Origin: the human T2T-CHM13v2.0 reference genome, Homo sapiens
Strand: one strand, 5' to 3'
Assembly: GCF_009914755.1 (NCBI RefSeq)
Contig: NC_060925.1
Length of the DNA: 64,000 nt
In this document: piece by piece, positions 1-13,571 of the stretch
Layout of the letters: every line of letters starts with the position of its first letter
Numbering within the stretch: the first letter of the stretch is position 1
Position numbers and translations under genes: made by a program
Notes under the pieces: generated by a model
What the model was told of the DNA's origin: nothing
Databases searched by the model: none
The model's input: the letters and a program-made list of their open reading frames with translations, nothing else

Positions 1-19
1 TTGCAGATACTGCATTTTC

Positions 20-328
20 GTTTTCTTTTCTTTTCTTTTTTTTTTTTGAGACAGGGTCTTGCTCTGTTGCCCAGGCTGGAGTGCAGTGGCATGATATGGG
101 ATCACTGAAACCTCTGCCTCATGGGTTCAAGTGATTCTCCTGCTTCAGCCTCCAAGTAGCTAGGATTACAGGCACCCGCCACCACATCTGGCCAATTTTT
201 ATATTTTTAGTAGAGGCAAGGTTTCACCATGTTGGTCAGGCTCATCTTGAACTCCTGACCTCAGGTGATCCACCCGCCTCGGCCTCCCAAAGTGTTGGGA
301 TTACAGGCGTGAGCCACCGCACCTGGCC
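20..328 (-). mobile_element. AluS (Sx-like) SINE inserted in Tigger1
   Basis: Reverse-complement Alu dimer with poly-T head. 16-bp TSD CAGATA(C/T)TGCATTTTC at 4-19 and 329-344. Confidence 0.95.
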
Positions 329-1440
329 CAGATATTGCATTTTCAACAAATTAAAGATTCATGGCAAGCTCGCATCAAGCAAGTCTATTGGCACCATTTT
401 TTCCAATAGCTTGGGCTCACTTCAGATCTCTGTGTCAAAATTTGGTAGTTCTAGAAATATTTCAAACTTTATTATTATTATATCTGTTATAGTTATCTGT
501 GATTAATAATCAGTTATCTCACTATCGTAATTGTTTTGGGCACCAAGAACGATGCCCATATAAGATCACTAACTTAATTCACACTATGTGTTCTGACTAC
601 TCTACTCACTGGCTGTTCCTTGGTCTCTCTCTCTTTCTCCTTGGGCCTCTCTATTCCTTGAGACACAATATTGAAATTAGACCAATAAATATCCCTAAAA
701 TGGCCTCTATACGCTCAAGTGAAAGGAAGTGTCACACATCTCTCTCTTTAAAGCAAAAGCTAGAAATGATTAAGATTAGTGAGGGAAGCATGTCAAAAGC
801 CAAGCTAGGCCAAAAGCTTGACAGTTAGCCAATGTGTGAAAGGTTCTTGAAGAAAATGAAAAATGCTACTCCAGTGAATACATGAATGATAAGAAAGTGA
901 AACAGTCCTACATCTGATATGAAGGAAGTTTTAATAGTCTGGTTAGAAGATCAAACCAGCCACAACATTCCCTTAATTCAAAGCCTAATCCAGTTCAAGG
1001 CACTAACTTTAATTCTGTGAAAACTGAGAGAGGAGAGGAAGCTACAGAAGAAAAGCTGGAAGCTTGCAGAGACTTGTTCATGAGGTTTAAAGAAAGAAGC
1101 TGTCTTCATAACATAAAAGTGCAAGGTGAAGCAGCAAGTGCTAGTGGAGAAGCTGCAGCAAGTTATCCAGAAGATCTAGCTAAGGTAATTAATGAGGTGG
1201 CTACACTAAACAACACATTTTTCATGTAGATGAAACAGCCTTATTTTGGAAGAAGATGCCATCTAGGACTTTCCTAGCTAGAGAGGATGTCAGTGCCTAG
1301 CTTCAAAGCTCCAAAGACAGGCTGACTTTCTTGCTAGGGGCTAGTGAATTTGGTGACTATAAGTTGAAGCCAATGCTCAACTTAAAAGGGCTCCCCAAAC
1401 CCGAGAGCCCTTAAGAATTATGCTAAATCTGCTCTGCCTA
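329..1440 (+). mobile_element. Tigger1 (pogo-like) DNA transposon, 5' part with decayed transposase, 3'-truncated
   Basis: ATG at 700 reads MASIRSSERKCHTSLSLKQKLEMIKISEGSMSKAKLGQKL, like the Tigger1 N-terminus. 1017-1229 reads [41 protein letters not shown]. Frameshifts present. Bases 1-19 also belong to this element. Confidence 0.93.
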
Positions 1441-1849
1441 TTATGTTTGACCCATTATATCTTTTGAGGACTATATCTTTTGTGGAATATTCTCACCTAA
1501 AAAAATGCAATGGGTAAAAATAACAAAAAAACCTTATATCACATTCTACATTCTGGTATCTACATATTTCCTAGATAGTATGAGTTAAAAAGCACTGGCA
1601 TAATTCTAAACAATACATACATCATTTGTCACATAAACAAATAGAACATTGCTCTTTAATTTGTTAAAATAAGTATGGTAAAAACATTGCATATTATGCA
1701 CCCATATTGAAAATTTATAACGCATGGCAACATGAAAACTTTAGTGAAGAGAACTCCAGTGTTTTCTCAAATTTAATTGACCAAAATATCTTTTTTTTGT
1801 AAAGCTTCTGTAAACATTTTTGAAGACAGTTTTGTTGACTTCAATTTGG

Positions 1850-2140
1850 ATGATATTGGTGGAATAGCCATTTTCAAAAACTCTAGGTGAGAGGGTGAAT
1901 TGGCAAATACTTTTTGGAGGACAAATTGGTGCAATGTCCATAAAAACCTCTAAATCAGTAAGTTCACTTCTTGGAATTCCTCTTAAAAATAGAAAAACCC
2001 CATAGGAACATGAGTGCAAAGGCTATCAGTGTTATTATATTAATAGCAGCACAAAAAAACTAAAAATCACCTAAATTTATTTTAATAGGGGGATGGTAAA
2101 AGAGGTTTGGTTATATTCATACTCTGTAGCATACTAGTTA
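1850..2140 (+). mobile_element. Ancient L1M (ME/MC-like) 3' fragment
   Basis: Degenerate L1 3' motifs (ggtgagagggtgaattggcaaatactttttggaggacaaattgg; cacttcttggaatt). Confidence 0.5.
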
Positions 2141-2649
2141 TTAGAAAATAATAAGCTATACATCAAACAGAGTGCAAGCTTCAAATGGGCATGAATTTTT
2201 GTTCTCTAATGTATCCGTCTCCAGAAAATAGAAAAAGGCTCTGGTACATTATAGCTGTTTAGGAAATGTTTGGTGAATAAATGAAAATGCATTGTGATGA
2301 AAAGGTATCTGAGACATATTAAGTAAAAAAAAAAGTAATTTTTAGAATAATTCATATTCAAATTCATGGGCAAGTTCTAATTCATATTCAAAGAAATAAA
2401 CATAGAGATAAAGAACCAGATGATACCCTTTACACTGCAACCAGAGGTTACCTCTGAGGTTTGGAATAGGAGTGGTGGGAATTAAGGGGAGAGCTTTGGT
2501 GGTACTTCCTGTACTTAGTTAGCTATTGCTTGCCTCTTTTAAAACAAATATATATATATATATATATTATTTAAAATATCATCATGGGTCTTTTGAAAAT
2601 AATTTGAGATGATAATCTAAAGTAGGGTATTTATATTTTGAACAGGAAA

Positions 2650-2880
2650 TAGTAATATTAGCTAAAAACTTGCTGAGTGCTGATCATGCGCTAGGCACTG
2701 TTTAGATACTTTACATGTATTAACTCACCTATTCCTGACTCATTTAATTTTATAAGGGAAGTATTGGTACCATTACCATTATACAGGCAAGGACACTAAA
2801 GGTAAGGCACTTGTCTGAAGCCACATAGCTATCAAACGGGGAATTTAGACTAGAAACCCTAGAAATTAGGCTTCAGAATG
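2650..2880 (-). mobile_element. MIR SINE
   Basis: tgagtgct..ctaggcactgtt..tttacatgtattaactca..ttatacagg..gccacatagcta matches the MIR core in reverse. Confidence 0.75.
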
Positions 2881-2918
2881 TACAATATCAATCTTCCCAT
2901 TGAAGCTGTGTTTGAATA

Positions 2919-2988
2919 TTAGGTTGGTGCAAAAGTAATTGTGGGTTTTGCCATTATTTTAGTGGCAAAAACTTTTGCACCAACCTAA
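2919..2988. mobile_element. MADE1 MITE (Hsmar1-derived), palindromic, about 10-bp deletion in right arm
   Basis: TTAGGTTGGTGCAAAAGT...ACTTTTGCACCAACCTAA terminal inverted repeats with TA duplications at 2917-18 and 2989-90. Confidence 0.95.
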
Positions 2989-3479
2989 TAAAATCAATAT
3001 TCTGAGTCAATGAGGAGCTGTTTGGAATAATGAGAAAGAAGAGAAGTACAATAAGTCTATGAAGGTTGATAGCAAATCTCAAAGTCAAATGCTGAAGTAT
3101 TTGGATTGTTTTTATACTTAGCAGAGCGATAGGATCATGAGGTCCTTTAAGCTTGCTGATGTTTTTTGCAAGGAGAATAGAGTAATTAGAAGACAGTAAA
3201 TAAAGTCGTTTCCCCACCCATACATCTTAGCTAATGTATTGGTAGTGGTAAAATACTCCAAAATCCATTACTGGAAACAAAGGTAGCAATATTTGGCAAT
3301 GGTGGTCATAGTGCTGGTGAATAGAATCATCAAAACTAATTGAATTGTGTATTTTTGATAGTATTAATGGTAACAATAGAGAGATTCAGGAAAGATTATT
3401 TCCTCAGTAAAGCTGAAGTCCTCAGGTGGTCTAGCCAGGTCTGAATCACAGTCCCTGGCATCAGACATATGTGAACACC

Positions 3480-3840
3480 TTTGAAGCATTGTTCATTTCT
3501 TTGGCTGGGAATTCCCCTGCCCCTACTTGAACTGGCAGATTCCTACTCATTTTTCAAAGTCAAACTTGGAGTTATCTCTTCTCTAGTATCTCCCTTGAGT
3601 ATCCTCCAAGGAAAAGATAAAATATTCCCTCTTCTGTGTTTCCTTGCTCCTTTAGTCATCTTTGTACTATCACACTTATTAGGTTATCTTATTGTCAGCT
3701 ATCCACATAGGTATCTCCCTGGATAGACTCCATATGTTCTTTGAAATCTAGAGTCTTATTTTATTGTATCCTTGTTTGCCAAAAAACAACATGTCCAGCA
3801 GAATAGGTACTTATGAAATAGTAATTGAATAAATGCATGT
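3480..3840 (+). mobile_element. L2 LINE 3' fragment
   Basis: ttcctactcatttttcaaagtcaaactt..; ends with the L2 tail motif ttgaataaatgcatg. Confidence 0.65.
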
Positions 3841-3929
3841 ATTTTAATTTATTTACTTAATTATAACCCACCTTATTAAAATAATTAAGATGTCTTATAA
3901 AATTAATAATGAGATAAAAAACATTCTAG

Positions 3930-4145
3930 CTGAAGTTTATTGAATACTTTATGATGGGCATTCTGTTAAATTACACACACACACAAACACACACACACAC
4001 AGTATCTCATTTCACCATTGGCCCATATAACTTCACCATTTTACAGCTGAATAAACTAAGGCTAAGGGAGGTTAACTGGGCCAAACAAGTAATAACTCTC
4101 AAAGTTTGGCTTCAACCTCAGGTTTGTTTGACTCCAAAGCTTACG
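3930..4145 (-). mobile_element. MIR SINE with internal (CA)n
   Basis: ccattttacagctgaataaactaaggct..tttgactccaaagc. Confidence 0.7.
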
Positions 4146-7100
4146 ATTTCATTAGGTGAAAATTAGAAGCCATGAGAAAGATAAGCAAAGGCAATGTAAA
4201 TGTAAGAATAAAAAGTCTGCTGATTAGAGAAATGTGATATCTACCACTTGTCTAGCAAAACAGCATGATGACTCTGGCACACACAGTGTGCTAGTTCAAA
4301 CCCCCATGCCAATCTTTGTAAATAAACCAGGGAATAAACCAACAATGATTGGCTGTACCAACACTATCTTCTTCCCTGTATTTTAATAACACTGACTTGT
4401 TAGACTCCGTCTGTTCAGTTCACAGTTTTGTTTCTTGTACTATCCAGAAACTTGCCTTTGTTTTGTCAAAAGATAGAAATAGTGCTAAAATAACTTCAGA
4501 CATCTTATTTCCAGGTTGCAAAAGTAGAAATTCTAGCTGTAATGCATCAGGAAAAATAATATACTGTGGCTATTAACCATTAGCTTTCAGTCTAGATACA
4601 CATTCTAGCAGTCAGTCTTCTGAAGCTGATAAATTCCAGACAACTTCCTTTGCGTCAATTCTCAATGATTCTGTAGGAGAAGATATTCCTAAGAAGAGTT
4701 GACTGATATAAATTATTTTTAAAGACCAGGGACAGCCAAGATCAGATTGTCTTACCTACTAATATTTTATATTTAGATGGATAATCTATCTGAATCATGA
4801 CCAGGATGAAGAAAAATTCTCTAGAACTTAAAGTTTTTAATCATCTTATAACATATTCTAAGTTATTTCAGGGAAGTATTTAGGGGATGACTATTATTGA
4901 TTTGCTTAGTTGATGACTGGAACAGCACGGATCCTGCATGATAGAAAGTTTTTCTTTAATTACCACAAGATCAGCTGGAGATGCATCAAGCAGTTTGGGG
5001 TGGCTCCTCCCCAAATTGGTTGGGAGCAGGATTCATCATTCTCTTATTTACATAAGAATTGATTGTGATTGGCTGATGTTGCCTCTGCCTCTCATAAGAT
5101 GTGCTTTAAAAAATAACAAAAACTAGGTAATCTGCTTACTGGATAAGATAGTGGCCAACCTAATGCAACAATAAAAATGGGTCCTGGTCATTCTGTCAAG
5201 CATTAAATATTTTGCAGGTCTTTCTGCTGAGTTGAAAAAAAAAAAAAAAAGGAAGTTGGGTTTTATATTTAATTTTGCCCTGGGGCATTATTACTTTGAA
5301 AGTAATCCAAATATTTTGCTTATATTGGAAGGGTTCAGTGAGACATAGTTAACTGTGAATAGAATTCAAAACAATAACTCTGGAAAAGAACTATTCCCTT
5401 TGGTCAGAGGCTATTGTGTCAGCGGTTATGCCGAGTCAATCAAAAAGAAGGAAGAGAAAGAGAGAACAGCAACTGTGAGAATGGAGCTGTCAAGCTGATT
5501 GACTAGACAGCAATATAAAATTTGAAATGCTCTATGTGATAAGGTAAACACACAATTTTTATCTGAGCATTGGCAAAAACTAAATGCAACAACTTGAAAA
5601 TCTCATGGAAGTGTCATTAAGAAATATAGAAAAACAAAATTATTTCTGCATACAATTGAAAACAACAACAAAAATTCCCTATTTAATCTCATTGTTTGAT
5701 ACTGCGGAGAGCTTTGAAGAAAAGTATTAAGACCAAATTTCAGAACTGAATGCATGCTTATAGTGGCTTTTTTCTTTTCTACCACTTTGATAAACAAGTG
5801 CCTTGTCAAATCCACAAGGTTTGCTTTAGTAGTCAGTTACATTTATGTCAAGTATTTGACTTTTAGGAAAAACATTTTAATAGTGGAGCGCTAGAGAACT
5901 CTTTATTCCTGTTGATTTGAATAATAAGACTGAAAACAATAGAAAATGTAACTTGTTTAATTTGTGTTTTATTGCAAATTGCTGTTGAATTTTTTGTGTA
6001 CTGGCTCCAGTTGACTTTTCCGATGCTGTCAAGAAATAAAGCATGAGACACTATGCTAGTCAGTAATAGGGCTGGGCGGGGCAATCACTCACCACAAAGT
6101 TCCTTGGATTGTTACTTTACTATAACTTGTGTCTCTTCTTATTCCCCACTTCACATCTTAGCTTGCCATCCATTTTCTATTTTTTTTTATTTGGCCTATA
6201 TAGTTTTTGATTAACTTATGCTTTGAAAATTTAATTAAAATGGCCCATCTCATCACATTATTCATCATTTTCTCTGCTTCTTGATAGCTTTCATCATTAA
6301 GTCAAAAACTGTTTTCCTTCTCATATTCAACTTTCTCATGTAATCATTTTAATCACATATAAAATAATATTCATTTGCCTTGTTCTGTTTTTCTGGTTCA
6401 CTGACTATGTCCCTTATTTTGAACTCTTTATACAAATTTGCAGTTTTGGTTTCAAGTTCACTGCTATATGTAGAACATACATCTTTTGCCTCCCATTTTT
6501 ATTTCATCTCTTTCTTTATAGTGCCACCTGAAAACACATTTTGCTCTATTTCCGGCTTTACACGTTTCTGTCTACATTTCAGTATGTTTATAAAAACATT
6601 TTAAAGAGCATTTATATCTCCCCATTTTTCATTTTGTGGTTCAGTATATAATTTACTTTTTAAAGTATTTCTCAAGAAAACGTGCTTGTTATTGTTATAT
6701 CATTATTCCAACTGATGTCTATGTGACCACTGAATACGTCAATCTAGTGTTCAACGGTCAACCACATTAGAAAGACGCTAAAACTCAAATCTATAAAATT
6801 TATATTCACTGTTGAAAGAATTGTAACTGAACATTTGAAAAGATCTCTTTGGTTGAAAAAAGGAAATAATATGTTAGCATTTCAAATGCATTTTTTTATT
6901 CATCTGTAAAACACTATGTTTTCTCAAATTCATTACTTGTATTTATTTTATTGGAGAACAGTGAGTTCTAAACTGACAATTATTTTAATATCCTATGAAA
7001 ACTTATTTGTTGTAACTAGCAATCTTTATTTTAACCCACTGAGCACTGTACTTTATTAAATATATATTATTCATATATAATTACATTATTTATATAAATA

Positions 7101-7294
7101 ACTATATATAATGATTAAATACTATGTAAACTTATTTCAGTGGTTATTCATCCAATAAAAACTACAGTACTATTTCAAACCTTGTTTGAAAATTGTAGTC
7201 TTTATTGGACGAATAAAGGTTAACTTGCAAGAACTGGATTTCATCTGGAAAGCGCTGCCAGCTACAATGTTCTTTGGCTGCAGTGTGGTGTCTT

Positions 7295-7452
7295 GAAAGT
7301 CCTGGGAACCAGAAAAGCCTGTCTCTGTTAGTGAGCTTTGTAATATTGAACAAAATATTTGTTATTTCTGGTCTCCATTGCTTATTTTATAAAATGAGAA
7401 GATATGATTAAATTACCTTCAAAGCTCTTAAGAGCTCTAAAACTTTGATGAT
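7295..7452 (+). mobile_element. MIR3/MIRc-like fragment
   Basis: tataaaatgagaag..attaaattaccttcaaagctc..gctctaaaactttgatga. Confidence 0.5.
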
Positions 7453-9479
7453 CTTACAACTTTACACCCATTTTTAGAGAATCTTGATAAGGCAACATTA
7501 TCTTTTGGGAAATCTTAAATACATGTATATGAAAACATGCACAAGGAATTTATGGTAAACGGGAATATAGTGTAAACAAGTAGTTTATGAAGTGCAGCAA
7601 GCCATGACTTTTTAAGTTAGTATTTTATATTAGATTGATAAATATAGTTATTTTATTCTGTGGTTTTTATGCAACAATCCCTGATTCTTTAAACTTTGTA
7701 AAGACTTCAAAGTTTATAGTATAAAACTGTGATTACCCAAATGACATTACCAAATCACAGTCTCTGTCTTTGCTCTGAAAACTCATGTTGGCTGCTCTTG
7801 ATTAGAAATGGAGATAAAATTAATTGCCTGATTTTTGATAGGGATTTTCAGAAGCTTAGCAGATTTTATTAGCTAATCCAAACAATCTCTGGGCAAGACA
7901 ATTTGCTGCTTCTTTTCTCCTTCTCCCCGCCCCCTTCACTCTTTATAGTCTGGATCTGGAACAGCAGATTGACAGGCGAACACTTGGGCCAGAGAAACAG
8001 GTGACTTTCCTTTCACAGAGTCCTTGTTCTTCTTAGCTTGGCTTATATCCTAATAACAAAGAGAAAGTCAGCATTTCACATCCCAAGAGAATGAACTTCC
8101 TGCCCTGCTTTGACTCATGCAAAGAACATCTCCAGGCCCAGTGTCCTCTGGTGGGTAGAAGTATCCTTGCAATTTTTATCACATGGCCTGCCCTGCAGCT
8201 TCTTCTCCAGTACCATTCCGTGATTACTAAATGCACAGATGTAAAAGAAACCTGCCAATGCCTTGAAGTGAAATCTCAGAACATCATAACATATCACGCT
8301 GAAAGGAATGTAATAAAAACAGGTATTCAGGTCTGAGGAAATAAGAGAAATCGAACACCTCAAAGACTAGGACAAGGATCTTTAGTTCAACGCCTCAGCA
8401 GTCAGCTTTGGCATATGTGAGAATGTAAAAGAGGGTGGCACACGTTTTGCTTTGAATGTTTCACCAATTGATTCCCCTGGCTGCCTTCCCAGAGTCTATG
8501 AGTAACATAGTCCCTTAATGAAGGCTTCATCGCATTCTTTTGAACTTATTCTTGCCAATATCAAAGAAGCACAGCAGAAACAAAAACACTGCTCTGATGT
8601 TAGAAATCACAATTGTTAACTTTGAAAAGAAGTCTTGGTATGCAGGTTCAAGTAGTAGACTGATGAATTTACCGGAAAACTCTAAAAAATGAAGTGGATG
8701 GGGAAGAATAATACTCTTTGTCTGGGTACCTACTTAGAAAAGTAAAGGAGAATTTAAATATCACCATACCATGTTAAATATTTTTAAGCATTTGCTTCTT
8801 GCACGAAACTTTATATAGGAATTGGAATAAAAGATGTAAAATAAGAAGTTAGCAATTTTTATAGTAATCTTTTAAATAAAGTTGAAATATATGAAACACA
8901 TAAAGAAAAAATGTAGTGGTTCTAGCAAGGTTGTGCTATTTCTTGAAAAATATATAAATAGAACAATCTTATTTTTAAGATTTGTAACATCTATTATCAA
9001 TACTCTATTTAATATATATGAAAATACTGAATTAAACATGTTTCTGGATTTGAAGGGACCTTAAGGATCTATTAATAGCTCCTTAGAATATGTTCTTGTT
9101 CTATCTAGATTTCTCCCTTTGAGGCTAATTACTGATATTAGTAATAGCTGTCTTTCTCATTTTTAAGACATCCTTCAATTTATTTTAGTATATATAACTA
9201 AATTATATGCATCATTTAATGATAAAGCCACTATACCTGATACTATTGTATGGATTATATCTGGTGAAAATTCTCATTTTATATTAATTACCAAATTTAC
9301 CAATTAGCTGCAGATTTCTAGTTCTGCTGTGGGGTAAGCCAGATAAGTGCTCTGTGCCTCAATTTTCCCACCTTTATGTGCTATAGCAGGTCACCAAAAT
9401 AACTTTATAATGATCTCCATTTAATGCCAACATGATCCCAAATAAAGCTTAATATATATACCTTTAGGGTGAATGTATG

Positions 9480-9780
9480 AGCAGATGTTTAGTCCTCTGC
9501 CCTATGCTCTGAATACAACTGCCTTTCTTTAGAAAAATATATTCAATGAGACTTTGCACCATTTAGTGTATCATTCTAATCATATACTCCTTGTTATGAG
9601 CTATTAACTGCTCACATTCTTCACACTAGCCTTGTGCCCCTTAATAATAAGGACCATGCCTCTCTCTCATTCTTCTTTTATTTCCAGCCCCACTACCAAC
9701 TCCGATACATTATAGACTCTCAATAAATGCTTTTCAAATACATGAATAAATGAGTGAATGCATGCATGGATGCTTGGAAT
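9480..9780 (+). mobile_element. L2 3' fragment
   Basis: ggaccatgcctctctc..tttatttccagc..ctcaataaatgct..tgaataaatgagtgaatg tail. Confidence 0.6.
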
Positions 9781-12014
9781 GACCCAGGCCAAACATGCAA
9801 ATGGAAAACTTGTTTTAGTAGGCTGCTTCTTTTGCTTTCCTTTACACCTGTGTTTATATTAAAATTCACATCATCATAAAACCAGGGTGCGAATCGCAAC
9901 ACTCAACAAGATTACAGAGATGGATCTATTTTTAAAATAAAGGAGAAAAAACAGGACGGAAAAGCTTTCGTAGGTATGTGTAGCACTATTTAGAAAAGAA
10001 AATAACTTTGCTATTATTGCAGACTTATTAATGTTTGCAGTTATCCTGATTATTCTAATGCAAACCAAATGGCATTTAATTTGGGAGAAATTGCTCTGGA
10101 CGTGCAATCTAAAGAGGCGAGAAATGGAACAGACTTTCTTTATGCAGTGTTTGGGATGTGGTTAAATTATTTTAGGATGTTCAACAGTGTAGTGCAAATT
10201 CAAATCCTGTGGGCAAAGCTAAACAAGCAATGCTAGGCAGCTTAGCCACTTAATCTTCTGGTGTTCAGTTTGTTGGGTCTGTGCTGTGAAATGGCTCCTG
10301 TGGCTTTCATGTGGAAAATGAGAATGTTCTGGAACGGCTGATGTGGGAATAAAGAAGTAAATACAAGGAAACTCTTACAAGCTTTTAATATTAACTGCAC
10401 TAAGTAAGTGTAACTAACTGCATTAAGTTATTGATTTATCAGGGCTTGACCAAATACTATTTCCCTTTATCCTTTTTGGGGACAAGGACAAAAGTACAAA
10501 AAAGTTAAATGAGCCAGTTGTTAACTGGGTTACTGATGAATGTACTGATTATTCGTCTAGCTGTCGTAGTAGGAGAATGTCCATGGGACCATTTGTGATG
10601 GCTGGAAAACTGACTAAGGCTTATTGATCCTGATCATGTAATGATTAAAGTATCAATAAGTATAACTTTTCTAGAAATTTTGTAGCACTCCATCTCCTCA
10701 ATAAATGAAATTCGATAGGACCATTTGGACTGAAACCACAAATTTCAAGGAGTTGCCTCATTACTTTTTATTTTCCCCTTTAAAATATTACTAAGTTACT
10801 TTAACCCTGGTGTATAATGATGGAAAAGAAACACAGCCTGTTTTCCATGGCTAAAGGAAATAAACTATTAACTGGCAAATAAACAGTAGATTGGTGTTTA
10901 GGGATGGATTTTACACGATATATTTAGGATATATTTAGGACGTGCAAAGGACACTTAGATTTCAGTCACATTTGGGTAGGTTCCAGATCCTATTAAAACT
11001 GACAATGAAAGTAACTTTATTTACTTAGAAGCTTGAAGGGTCTTCTTGGGGTCTTCTCTGTAACTGCCAGACTCAAAGGAGCTGCAGTATCCACTCTCTC
11101 AGGTTGGTGATTAGACTTTTAGACCATTTTAAAGGATGCAGAGGGGGTTTCTCTCTAAGTTTCTAGGGCTTTTAAGCACAAATCCCAATTGTGAACTTCA
11201 GCACACTTGAATCCTGATTACCTTTTCAGTCCCTAATTACCCAGGAATCAGGTTATTGGCAGGAACTGTTAACAACAACAAAAACAGAAAGCAGTGTATA
11301 TTGTTTGCTGTCTGAAGAATGAATTGACCTTCAGTTTGCAAACATTGCATAAATTATTTGGTGTGTCAGAAACATCCCCAACCTTATGCCCCCCAAATAA
11401 CAAGCAACACACACACACACAAAACAGGTTTATCTCTCCAACCCTGCTGTCCTCTTGAGACGTAGACATGTTTAGGCTGAGAAAGTCAAGTCTTCTGACC
11501 ATCAGATATTTAAGTTACTCATGATGCATATTTGTGAACGAGGTCTTTGAATGGCTTTTTTTCCTGCTATTCCATTGCTAGTACAATCCCTTAAAGAAAA
11601 CAGAATTCCCTGCCATATCATTGTTTTTTCTATGAACCATACTAAGAGAATTCCCACAACTGGATTTTCTTGATAATAGGGACTGTATCTTATAATTTTC
11701 CACATCTTAAAGTTTTGTATATCCCTTCTAAAATACAGTAGAAGGTCAATAATAACTTACTAGCTGATATAAAATAAATGTACGTTTGAGTATTTTTTTT
11801 TCCACAACTCTGATTATCTTCTTGAAGACAAAGCAAAATGTTAGGTTTCGAGATTATATTTTAGAAGTCATAACCAGGAATAGAATTTTCTCTCTCAGAG
11901 GGAGGTTTATAAAAGAACACAAAAAAGACTTCTTTTTGCCATTTTATTATTGTGGAATATTTATATTTTCATCTCAAAATACACGTATTCACACTCCTAA
12001 AAAACTTGCATTTT

Positions 12015-12373
<359 letters not shown>

Positions 12374-12644
12374 CTATAGCTGTATTGCTGTTTGCAATGT
12401 TTCCAAGGCTTTGGCCCACTTACATACAGAGTTTTTGGATATAAGCTGTAAAGGTCTAATGGATTGTAGACTGAAGAAATGGATTGAATAAATTTTGAGA
12501 GAATATTAGATGGAAATATTGAATGTCCAGCTAATCATTTTAAAGAATAATTAATATTTCAAAATTACATTGATAAGATCACCTCCAGCCATTTACCTAA
12601 GGTATCATTAATATTCTCAATAACAACAATGAATAGAGGATTTT

Positions 12645-13570
12645 TTTCTTTCTCTACTAGCTCTTTCTCAGTAGCATACATACTATTATAATTTGCAACT
12701 AAAAAAGATTGACTATTTTCATTCTACTTACCCTTCCAATTGCTACTTATTTTGTATTGCTCCCATTTTTTTGTTTGCAAAATACCCAGAAAAAATATGT
12801 ATACTGGCTGAAAAATTTCTTTCCTCCCATTCTCTCTTGAGCCCATGCCGTTCAGACTTTGGCCTCCACTACTACAATGAAACTGCTCATGCCAAAGCCA
12901 ACATTGACCTCCATAATATTAAATCCAATCATCATTTCTGAATCAGGTGATCTCTCTCTCCTGATAAACTTTCATTACTTGGCTTCTGGGGAACCATGCC
13001 CTCTAGGTTTCTACTTCTCTATCTGATTCATCTTAGCCTGAGTTGCAGATTCTGCCCATATTCCCAAGCTCTTAAAGCCTCATCTTTGGAGAGCATCTCT
13101 TTTTCATCAACACTTATGTCTTTATTGAACTCATCAAGTGTCATGGGATTAAATACTATCTATACACCCATGATTCCCAAATATATAACTCCAGGCTCAA
13201 CCACTTCCATGAACTCCACACACATGTATTTAATTACCTACTTGGCATCTTCTCACCTCTACCCAGCACCTCAAACTTCTACCCAATTTTCTACCCACAC
13301 ATCTCTTTTAGCAGACGTCATGATCCTAGTTAATATCTATTTTAGTAGCTTGGGCCAAAACCCATTAATTTACTCCACACTTTCCTCATAGTCTTACACT
13401 ATACATCCAAAATTTCAGCAAACTCTGCTGACACAACCCTCAGAAATATCCAGAATCCAACCTTTACCACCACCTCAGCTACTATCATCCTGGTTCAGAC
13501 TGCCACGATCATCTTGCCTGCATTACTGTGCTAGACTGTTTACCCATCTTCCTACTTGTGCCTTTGCCTA
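12645..13570 (+). mobile_element. L2 (L2a-like) fragment
   Basis: tgaaactgctcatgccaaagccaacattgacctccata..aaatccaat; aaatatccagaatccaacc..; pyrimidine-rich L2 ORF2/3' sequence. Confidence 0.8.
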
Positions 13571-13571
13571 T

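Noticed and set aside
4750-4822. Minus-strand 65-nt exon candidate (TAG|GTAAGA donor, peptide MIQIDYPSKYKILV)
   Set aside because: The acceptor has almost no pyrimidine tract and the peptide is unrecognised. A match like this is expected by chance.
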